DNA of 64,000 bases, from NCBI GenBank assembly GCA_036785375.1, contig JAWMAR010000276.1:1054001-1118000 (forward strand). The letters are read 5' to 3'. The number at the start of each line of letters is the position of its first letter. Positions within the stretch are counted from its first letter, which is position 1. The notes under the pieces are model-generated. The model worked only from the letters and a program-made list of their open reading frames with translations. It did not search any database and was not told the DNA's origin. This DNA is from Leucoraja ocellata. Its lineage: Eukaryota. Position numbers and translations under genes: made by a program. Below are positions 37,301 through 47,396 of the stretch, piece by piece.

Positions 37301-38772
37301 TGACAATGGGATCACAGTTGAAGGCACAGAGAACATGACTCAGTACCTGACATGCAACAAAACTCTCCAGAAACTCTTGTAAGTAGCTGGTAGATGTGAG
37401 AACATAAGCAGTATATTTGATAAATGCTCACACGGATTGGTTTGTGTGCAATTATGTTGGCGTTGGTGAGTTTGAGATGTGTTATGTAAATGTGAACATG
37501 TAGAAACAAGGTGCGGCAGATGCTAGTTTACCCGGGAAAGACACAAAAAGCTGGAGTTATGCAGCGGGTCGGGCAGCATTCCTGGAGAACATGGAAAAGT
37601 AACGTTTTGGGACAAGACCCTTTGCTCAGACTGATTAGTCTGAAGAAGTGCCCCGACCTGCAGGTTTGATGAATCTGATTGATCAGTTTGATCTGATTGA
37701 TCAATTCAGACTGATTAAACTGAAGAAGGGTCCCGACTAGTAATATTATATATCCATGTTCTCCAGGGATGCTGACTGACCAGCTGAGTTACTCCAACAT
37801 TTTGTGTCTTTCCTTGTATAAATGTGGCTTTTTTTTTCTTTCCCAGTCTCCATGGGACCCTCTACCACACAAGGAACACTGCTGTTCCAGGCATGACCGT
37901 ATGTTTTTGTTTCAGTGTGAAGGAGCGGCAGGAAAGGAGCAATGATTGAGACAGCATTCTAACTCAAGACTGTGGCTGAATCACCATTAGCAATTGCACT
38001 AAGATTAGCTGGCAAAGATTACGCCTTTCGGAAGGAACTGGGCACATTCTTAATTGAGTAATAAATAAAAGAAACGAGTTGTGGAAATAGTTTAGATCAG
38101 TAAAAGGAAATTAGGATATAAGGGAACTTGTGTTCAAATTTTCAAATAGGAATAATAATATTTGAAGAAGAAACATTTGCATGGATTAGAGAAAGAGTAG
38201 AAAGAGTGAGCAAGTACAAAGTTCCCTATATGTCTGCACAGTCATGATGCTGAATGGCCACTTCCTCATTGTAGAATTTGATGATTATTAAGATACCGTG
38301 AATGAGATGGTTGGAATTTAATTTTCTAATTCCTGATTTAAATACGATTGAAGCATTCACTAATTTTCATTGCCTTGTTGCTTTCAGTTTATGTGTAAAC
38401 AAACTTGATGACCTTGAACAGAAAAACATTCAACAAGTCGAAAAGCTGTGTCACGGGCTAAAGATCGTCACTAAAATCAGAGACGATGAAGAGCTCTTAC
38501 TCCGAGTTGAAAGTCAGGTTCAAATGCTTCCCTCCCTTGAGCAGAGTTACGGCACAGAGTGGCTGTGCAAACTATTGAAATCCATTCTGAAAGACTTGGG
38601 AGATGAGAGTACCATACCTGATGTAGACACCCGGGTAAGGATAGGAAAGATAAAAGCAAATATTAACAAATATCTTCAGAAGAACAAAGTCACCATGATT
38701 GATGTTCCAGACACGGAGAATGTGTTGCAGCTCCATACCCCTGCACCACTTCTTCTGAAACAACTTCCTTAA
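28304..38772 (+). CDS. Predicted type I membrane protein: signal peptide, B7-like IgV, TM, NACHT, LRR and helical tail (976 aa)
   Basis: Exons 28304-28358, 29058-29405, 31385-31537, 31712-31741, 33426-35130, 37029-37115, 37211-37378 and 38388-38772. All GT-AG, phases 1,1,1,1,2,2,2; 2931 nt with no internal stop. Confidence 0.72.
29058..29405 (+). CDS. Exon: B7/butyrophilin-family IgV domain (CD276/VTCN1/HHLA2-like)
   Basis: DILLPCAF..LIITWQ..VVYSFYSG..QDKAFLDRTQLF..EFTKGNASLKL..SDVGNYTCFV is the typical B7-family V pattern. Confidence 0.92.
30502..30530 (+). ncRNA. Minimal hammerhead ribozyme motif of the Penelope-type repeat (representative copy)
   Basis: CTGAAGA-AGGGTC-TC-GACCC-GAAAC-GTCA; similar copies at 7071, 18577, 41685 and 56302 (+) and 47126-47154 (-). 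Confidence 0.7.
31385..31537 (+). CDS. Exon: stalk and transmembrane helix
   Basis: DISENNTCGGTDPASERKK-VVLILPLLLVILIAVGIL-HWQMKNKEKPDIEE; donor A|GTGAGT. Confidence 0.85.
33426..35130 (+). CDS. Exon: NACHT NTPase, helical/winged-helix domains and first LRRs (NLRC3/NLRP-like)
   Basis: Walker A GDAGVGKS (33671-33694), Walker B LIILDGLDE, sensor-1 VLVTSR, WHD FEFHHAVLKEQFAA, LLNLMHCLFEL, and LRR MDLRHCSIGDKGIKQL. Lies within a 577-aa open frame. Confidence 0.95.
37029..37378 (+). CDS. Two ribonuclease-inhibitor-type LRR exons (37029-37115, 87 nt; 37211-37378, 168 nt)
   Basis: Phase 2-2 exons of 29 aa and 2x28 aa: SSNKLTVKSAKSL..KCRIETL and NSFGSAGAQILWKALARNRSLKILRLYDNGI. Confidence 0.88.
38388..38772 (+). 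CDS. Terminal exon of the NLR: last LRR plus ~100-aa C-terminal extension
   Basis: Acceptor ttgctttcag, phase 2; LCVNKLDDLEQKNI... to TAA at 38770-38772. Confidence 0.8.
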
Positions 38773-38868
38773 TCGTTTCTTTTCTACGTCACGGTGGTGC
38801 AGCGGTAGAGTTGTTGCCTTACAGCGAATGTATCGCCAGAGACTCGGGTTTGAACCCGACTACGGGTT

Positions 38869-40526
38869 ACATAGACATAGAAACATAGAAATTAGATGCA
38901 GGAGTAGGCCATTCAGCCCTTCGAGCCTGCACCGCCATTCAATATGATCATGGCTGATCATCCAACTCAGTATCCCTTACCTGCCTTCTCTCCATACCCT
39001 CTGATCCCCTTAGCCACAAGGGCCACATCTAACTCCCTCTTAAATATAGCCAATGAACTGGCCTCGACTACCCTCTGTGGCAGAGAGTTCCAGAGATTCA
39101 CCGCTCTCTGTGTGAAAAAAGTTCTTCGCATCTCGGTTTTAAAGGATTTCCCCCTTATCCTTAAGCTGTGACCCCTTGTCCTGGACTTCCCCAACATCGG
39201 GAACAATCTTCCTGCATCTAGCCTGTCCAACCCCTTAAGAATTTTGTAAGTTTCTATAAGATCCCCTCTCAATCTCCTAAATTCTAGAGAGTATAAACCA
39301 AGTCTATCCAGTCTTTCTTCCTAAGACAGTCCTGACATCCCAGGAATCAGTCTGGTGAACCTTCTCTGCACTCCCTCTATGGCAATAATGTCCTTCCTCA
39401 GATTTGGAGACCAAAACTGTACGCAATACTCCAGGTGTGGTCTCACCAAGACCCTGTACAACTGCAGTAGAACCTCCCTGCTCCTATACTCAAATCCTTT
39501 TGCTATGAAAGCTAACATGCCATTCACTTTCTTCACTGCCTGCTGCACCTGCATGCCTACTTTCAATGACTGGTGTACCATGACACCCAAGTCTCGCTGC
39601 ATCTCCCCTTTTCCTAATCGGCCACCATTTAGATGAAAGATTATTACTAATGCATCCACTATTTCTGGAGCTACTTCCTTAAGTACTCTGGGATGCAGCC
39701 TATCTGGCCCTGGGGATTTATCGGCCTTTAATCCATTCAATTTACCCAACACTGCTTCCCGAATAACCTGGATTTCCGGCAGATTATTTATGTCTTCCTT
39801 AGTGAAGACGGAACCAAAGTAGTTATTCAATTGGTCCGCCATATCCTTGTTCCCCATGATCAACTCACCTGTTTTGACTGCAAGGGACCTACATTTGTTT
39901 TAACTAATCTCTTTCTTTTCACATATCTATAAAAACTTTTGCAGTCAGTTCCCTGCCAGTTTTCTTTCATAATCTATTTTTCCTTTCCTAATTAATCCCT
40001 TTGTCCTCCTCTGCTGGTCTCTGAATTTCTCCCAGTCCTCTGGTATGCTGCTTTTTCTGGCTAATTTGTACGCATCATCCTTCGCTTTGATACTATCCCT
40101 GATTTCCCTTGTTATCCACGGATGCACTACCTTACCTGATTTATTCTTTTGCCAAACTGGGATGAACATTTTTTGTAGTTCATCCATGCAGTCTTTAAAT
40201 GTCTTCCATTGCATATCCACCTTCAACCCTTTTAGAATTAATTGCCAGTCAATCTTGGCCAATTCATGTCTCATACCATCAAAGTTACCTTTCTTTAAGT
40301 TCAGAACCATTGTTTCTGAATTAACAATGTCACTCTCCATCCTAATGAAGAACATAACCATATTATGGTCACTCTTGCCTAAGGGGGCACGTACAACAAG
40401 CCTGCTAACTAACCCTTCCTCATTACTCAATGCCCAGTCTAAAATAGCCTGCTCTCTCGTTGGTTCCTCTACAGGTTGATTAGATAACTATCCCGCATAC
40501 ATTCCAAGAAATCCTGTCTATCCTGA
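38869..40526 (-). mobile_element. CR1 LINE (internally deleted) inserted into a tRNA-SINE
   Basis: Minus ORFs ..KSPGPD..HPRVLKE.., VRPHLEYCVQFWSP and RGDLIETYKI. The SINE halves at 38790-38868 and ~40527-40660 are contiguous when the LINE is removed. Confidence 0.88.
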
Positions 40527-41042
40527 GGGTTCTGTCTATATGGAGTTTGTACGTTCTCCCCGTGACCTGCATGGGGTTTCGTCGAGATCTTTGGTTTCCT
40601 CCGACGGTCCGAAGATGTACAGGTTTCTAGGTTAATTGGTTTGGTAAATGTTTTTAAAAAAATCAAAGCTCTTCGAAGGAACGCTCCTCGAAGGAAAAAT
40701 TAAAATACTGGCAGAATTATTTCTGCTAGTATTTTTCAAATAAAGAGGTCCATAAAGTGGGCAAATAACATAATATAAGATATTGGGTTGTCAGCACGCA
40801 ATATCCAACATTTTCATATATTTTATATTTCATATATCCAACATCCATGTATTTTTTTACGGTGGTTGTATTTTTTCAATGCGTGTTTTCTTAATTTCCC
40901 AACTATTTGGGAGTTAATTATGCAGGGCCTAGCCCATCAGTGTCCAGTGACAGTAATTCCACGTAATGTTGCCTATCTCAGAGAGCCTTTGCAGTGGCAT
41001 CAGTGTGGCCTTCAGCACTTCTTCCAGTAGAAACAAGCTTCC

Positions 41043-41328
41043 AAACATGTCTTCACATTCACTTAGTCTACCTTAGAGCACTTCCCGGGTGAGAAAGTTT
41101 CCATTGCAACCAGGAGGTAAATGTTGACAGTCTACAAATAATACGAAGCCGCATTTTGCGTACGGTTTTAGAGAACAAGACAAGTGCAAATATGCATTAA
41201 GTGTAGTGGAGCAGAAAATGCCACAGGTGTTGCTGTCAACAACTGTTAGGGGAAAAACAAGTGCAAAAAGGTTGAAGTTAAAGTCAACAAATGTTCCAAG
41301 GTAGACCAAGTGAATGTGAAGAATGTTT
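41043..41328. mobile_element. MITE-like element with ~35-bp terminal inverted repeats
   Basis: aaacatgtcttcacattcacttagtctacctt ... aaggtagaccaagtgaatgtgaagaatgttt. Confidence 0.6.
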
Positions 41329-43644
41329 CTCTGTCCAATATGTGTGACATTACATAAAGCTAACTGCTGTAATTAATGATTGCGTTCAATCTATCTTTGT
41401 AATCAAATTGACAAGATCTGACTATGCACTATATGAAGGCATATTATTATGGCTGTAGATGGAGGCAAAGTAACAGGATACAGTGCTGATAGACACAAAA
41501 TGCTGGCGTAACTCAGTGGGTCAGACAGCATCTCTGGAGAAAAGGAATAGGTGACACTATATGAGAGTCAGGAAGAGGAAACGAGGGATATAAATGATGT
41601 ATATGCATATCTTTCATTCATTAATTCTATATCTCTCTACATCACCGTCTATATCACTCATTTCCCTTTCCCCTGACTCTCAGTCTGAAGAAGAGTCTCG
41701 GCTCGAAACGTCACCTACTCCTTTTCTCCATAGATGCTGTCTGACCCGCTGAGTTACTCCAGATTTTTGTGTCAACCTTTAGTTTAAACCAGCATCTACA
41801 GTTCTTTCCTACACAGGACACAGTGCAGATAATGATGAAGCAAGCCTTCAAATGATGGGAATGTATCCGTTAGAAATACAAAATACAAACATATACGACA
41901 TCAAATACCAGAGCTTTCCACTGTAGCAGCAGTGAATGGAATGGGGGACAACAGTTGAGCTAAAATCATGGATAAGATGCATATGCCATGCACTGGTGAA
42001 GAATTGGCTGGTCATTGCGCTCTGTTTGCTATGACTAGTAGTGATTGAGAAACAACACCTTGAGTAGAAAAGCAGCAAAAGTTAATGTGTAAGATTTTAG
42101 TTCAGCAAGAATGAGAGGCATTGAGAACATGAATTGTCAGGACAGTTGTCATTTGAAGTTCAAAGCCGGTAGCCGGACCTGTTGCATTAAATGTGCTTAA
42201 CTTCTGGCAAACCTAAACGACAATATTAACCAAGACTTCATTTCCTAGCTTCTACACGCTCAAACTGATTGTATATAAATCCACAAATTACAACAGTAAT
42301 GTAGATCATAATCGAAATTTAATGGCATTTAGATAATATAATTATATTGTATTTTAATCAAAATCTAAATCAAATTGGCAGTAGCTGGAGGGAGGATCAA
42401 TTCATGGGGTGCATAAGAGACAGTTTTCTGAATCATTCTGTGGAGAAAGCAACAATGAATAGACTATTTTAGATTTGGGATACTGCAATGGAAAGGGTTA
42501 CATGATCTAAGTGACTATTGGGGAAAAGAGATCATAATAAGATAGAATTTTGTTCAGAGTTGAAAGTGGTTTAGTTCAATCTGAAGATAGCATCCAAACA
42601 GGGATATAGAAATCACAAGCATTAGGGATGAGGTGGCCTGATAGGTTGGGGAACAACATTAATAAGTGTAACAGTAAAAAAGCAATAAAATAAACAATAA
42701 AAAATTACCACATAGTTTACTTGTGATATTTATATATCTCTTTGTGGAATAAAATACAGCAATTATTACCATCATGAGAACGATAACAATATGTCAAAGG
42801 AAAGGGTTTATGTTACTAAATAAAGCAGTTGGCTTGAGGTTTGGGAACGTTATTAGGCACGTGGACATGTGGGGAATGGAGGGATATGGATCACATACAG
42901 ACAGAGGAGAATAGTTTAATTTGGAATCATGATCATGAACTAAGGGCCTGTTCCTGTGTTTTACATTCTGTCTACGTTCTAAAACCACAAGTCATGAAAT
43001 AAATCAAGTCAAGACTTGACTTGACTTGATGAAATAAATGCTTTATGTACTTCAAAGTACAGCAAGGTAAGACCAAGGTATTGACAATGAAAATGAGGGG
43101 AGACTGTAAGAATAGCTGAGAGATAAATATCCTGTAAGAGTTTCTAAAGGTACGTAAAGAGGAAAATATTAGTTGAAATTAAGGTGAAAACACTTTGCAG
43201 GTGTTAAAGAAAACTTTAAAACACAGCACCAAAATCAGGCAAGGCGACCAAGACTTTATTAAAAGCATCAAATACAGTGATCAGTGGGAGCACTAGGAGT
43301 TGCTCCCTGAAAACAGATTCATCTACTCCTTATATACAGAATTTTACTTTGTTATGTCGTTTACTATAGCAGGCACGTGTGCATTTTTCCTTCTGCTGCA
43401 TGATCTTATAACAATTATAAATCATGCACCTCTGTAAAATACAAATCAGTTTTGCTGAGCCCAATTCCACCCCACTGAAGATTAGCCAATGTTCTGTTAC
43501 CCTTTCAACCTCTTTTAATTGTTTTTGAGATTGCCATTTGTTCTTTGACAACAGAACAGAATCTGACTAAAGTGGACTGCATTAAGTGCCAGGTACACAG
43601 GCTCAGTTTCAACCTTCTTTAAAGTACAGAATTATTATGACACG

Positions 43645-43975
43645 TGGTGGCGCGGTGGTGTAGCGGTAAAGTTGCTGCCTTACAGCAAATGCAGCGCTGG
43701 AGACCCGGGTTCGATCCTAAATATGGGTGCTGTACTGTACGGAGTTTGTACCTTCTCCCCGTGACTTGCATGGGTTTACTCGGAGATCATCGGTTTCCTC
43801 CCACACTCCATGGACAAACAGATTTGTAGGTTAATTGGCAGTAAATGTTTAAAAAAAATTGTCCCCAGTGTGTGTAGGATAGTGTTAAAGTGAGGGGATT
43901 ACTGGTCGGCACGGACCCGGTGGGCCAAAGGGCCTGTTTTCGTGCTGTATCTCTAAAGTAAACTAAACTAATGAA
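43645..43975 (+). mobile_element. tRNA-derived SINE, near full length
   Basis: Pol III A/B-box-like TGGTGTAGCGG..GGTTCGATCC and an (AAACT)n tail. Confidence 0.8.
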
Positions 43976-44049
43976 GAGGACTTTGAGCATTTTTAGGCAC
44001 TCTACCTGTCCTCATCCCCTGCTGTCTTCTTGAATTATTTGCAATTTAT

Positions 44050-45150
44050 TTTTGACACAGGTCAGATATCATCTATGGAAAGTGAAAAGAGTATACGTCA
44101 TAGATAGGAGATTCCTCAGCAAGACGTTTGATGAGGTTTTGCACGGTGGATGGCTCTGGAAGGCTTGGTCACGTGGGATCCAGAGAGAGCTAGCCAACTG
44201 ATTACAGAATTGGTTTGATACAGAATAAGGGTGGTACGCCTCACGATCAGTGCTGGGCCCATTGCTGTTTGTGGTTTACATCAATAATTTGGTTGAGAAT
44301 GTACAAAGCATGATTAGCAAGTTTACAGATGACACTAAAGTGGGAGGTATTGTAAATAGTAAAGATAGTTATCAAAAATTACCTCAAGTGAACTGAGGAA
44401 TGGCTAATGGACTCTAATTACAGGTAAGTGTGAGATGTTTCATTTTGGGAAGTCAAACCAGGGCAGGACCTTCACAATAAATGGTAGGGTCCTGGGGTGT
44501 ATGGTAGGGCACAGGAATCGAGGAGTACCGGTACATAGTTCTCTGAAAATGGTGTCATGGGTAGATCTGGTGGTCAAGAAAGCTTTCAGTATATCGGCCA
44601 TCATCAGTCAGGGTATTGAGTATAAAGGTTGGGATATTATGTTACACTAGGACAAGACATTGGTGGGGCCACATTTGGACCATTCTGTTCAGTTTTAGTC
44701 TCCCTGCTATAGGAAAGATGCTGTTAAGCTTGAAAGACTGCAGAGAAGATTTATGAGGATTTTATCAGGACTCATAGGCATGAGCAACAGGGAGAGGTTG
44801 GATGGACTAGGGTTTTATTCCTTGGAGCACAGGAGGTTGAATTGTGATCTAGAGGTGTGTAAAATCATGGAGGGATAGATGGGGTTAATGCAGTCTTTTA
44901 CTAGAATGGAGGGGGGATCAAGTTTAAGGGAAACATTTAATAGGAATCTGAGGAGCACCTTTTTCACACAGGGTGGTGGAAAAGAACCGCCAGATGGGGT
45001 AGTTTGAGGCAAGAACCATTGGCAAAATTTAAAATACATTTGTACGTGTATCATGGATAGGAAATGTTTAGAGGGATCTGGGTCAATGCGGGCAGGTGGG
45101 ATTAATGCATATGGGCACCTTGGTTAGCATGGACAAGTTGGGCCTAAGGT
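44050..45150 (+). mobile_element. Degraded CR1 LINE fragment (approximate)
   Basis: SKFTDDTKVGG and HFGKSNQGRTFTINGRVL. Confidence 0.75.
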
Positions 45151-45899
45151 CACTGTGCCTTGGTCTCGCAGATACTGCCCGGCCTGCTGAGTATTTACGG
45201 CATTTTCTTTTTTCATTTAATGTGGAGTCTCAGTTATGAAATAGACAATAGGTGCAGAAGTAGGACATTCGGCCCATCGAACCAGCACCGCCATTCAATG
45301 TGATCATGGCTGATCATCCCCAATCAGTACCCCGTTCCTGCCTCCTCCCCATATCCCCTGACTCCGCTATTTTTAAGAGCCCGATAGCTCTCTCTTGAAA
45401 GCATCCAGAGCACCGCCCTCTGAGGCAGAGAATTCCACAGACAGGGAGAGTCAAAAGACTGCAAATGCTGGAATCTGGAGCAAAAAGTACTGGAGTAAGT
45501 CAGCGAGCCAGGCAGCATCTGTGGAGACAACGGACAAGGCGACGTTTCGGTTTGGGATCCTTCTTTCGGACGTTATGTTGATCACAGAAGGTGAATTAAA
45601 GTGAGCGCGTCTGTGGTCAGTTGGGCTGTCACTGATCTAGAACCTGTTGCTTAGAATGCACCAAAGATAGACACAAAATGGTGGAATAACTCAGCGGGAC
45701 AGGGAGAGAAGGAATGGGTGACGTTTCGGATCGAGACCATTCTTTAGGCTGAAGACGATGCTGCTGCCCCGCTGAGTGACTCCAGGGTCTGTCTTCGGTT
45801 TAAACCAGCATCTGCAGTTCCACGCTTAGAATGCACCAACGTGTTGGACGTGGAGAGCCTCTCTTGCTCTAACATATTTGGTGTCCATTGCTGTCCCGT

Positions 45900-46089
45900 C
45901 AGCTGATCGAGGGGAGGTTGGTGAGATGACACCGCCTCTGGTGAGTCACCAGGGAGCGGCCACAGCCCGCCCTATAGACGAGGCGCAGCGTGAGCCGGGC
46001 GGAGCTTCCCCTAACGCGGACAAGGCCAATGCAAAGATCCTATAGCGAGCTCCCAGGAAGCGCGGAGTGAAAGCTTACACTCGGTGAGT
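45900..46089 (+). promoter_or_regulatory. CpG-rich promoter and putative non-coding first exon of the legumain-prodomain gene
   Basis: CpG-rich patch with GGGCGG, CCAAT (~46026), GGAAG and a consensus donor TCG|GTGAGT at 46083/46084. Confidence 0.55.
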
Positions 46090-47396
46090 TCAGTTCCCAT
46101 TTGGGGGACATCCCTCCCCCAACCTCTGTATCTGAATATGTAAGATTTATTCTGTTGAAATTGACCGTGGATTATTGTAAATCGCTTTTTAAAGTGGAAA
46201 GAAGTATCAATGTAACAAATTTAAAGTGTAATCCAATTAAAAGACGTTTGAAGAAGGGTCTCGACCCGAAGCGTCACCAGAGATGCTGCCTGTCCCGCTG
46301 AGTTACTCCAGCATTTTGTATCTATTTTTGGTGAAAACCAGCATCTGCAGTTCCTACATTAAAGATGTTTTCTCCTGGGAAGAACATGATTAAATTGGTA
46401 AATATAATAGCTGGGATGTTGATGATCAGGGAGGTTGGTGGGATTAGGGAATCATACAGTGTAGGGCGAGGGGGACGAGGAGTCAAGGAGGAAGGCACAA
46501 AGTGCTGGAGGACTCAGTGGGTCAGGCAGCCTCCCCCAGTGGCGGGCACAGACACACGATGTTCTCGGTCGAGACCTTTCTTCAGCCTCCGGTCAGGTTT
46601 TGCCCCCTCGTGTTCAGTTTAGGAAAAGCCTGAAGCGGAAACTCTGACAGAATTCCTTGATCGACATCCCCTCTTCACATGGTACACTTCCTTATCTATG
46701 TATCTCCCTCTCCCCTGACCCGAAATGTCACCCATTCCTTCTCTCCAGAGATGCTGCCTGTCCCGCTGAGTTACTCCAGCATTCTGTGTGTATCTGGCAG
46801 AAATGCCACTGGCCCCCTCCTTCCCGCGCCGTGAGATATCTGTCAGGTCACAAGATTGTCACATTCCATGCGGTGGCGTCGATGCAAAATCCTCAAGACG
46901 AGCCTTTTGGCGAGAGAGTGACAATCTGCCAACCTTTTTTGATTTGATTCACGGCTCAGTTATCTGGTGGTTACCAGGAAGCAAATACACTGCCATAGTC
47001 CCTACAACACAACAACCATTCTGCATCGCACAGTGTCTCAGCAGCCGTGTAAATCTCGGAAATAAGACACAAAATGCTGGAGTAACTCAGCTGGGCAGGC
47101 AGCATCTCTGGAGAGAAGGAATGGTTGACGTTTCGGGTCGAGACCCTTCTTCAGTTTCTCGGGGTATTTCTGAACTCATGAAATGATATGCATGAGAATG
47201 AACTGTAAAAGCCTCTGAATGTTTTCATGTTTAAGTCACTGATTAGGAGAATTCTGATGATAAATATTGATTCCTGCTCCTTGAGGTGTCCAGACTCTCT
47301 GTGCTGCTCCCTTAGGATTGGAGAGCTTTGTTTCATTGTGAGAATTACAATATTCCCATGTTGCTTCCTGCTGCAGGCACGGGCAAACCCACAGTA

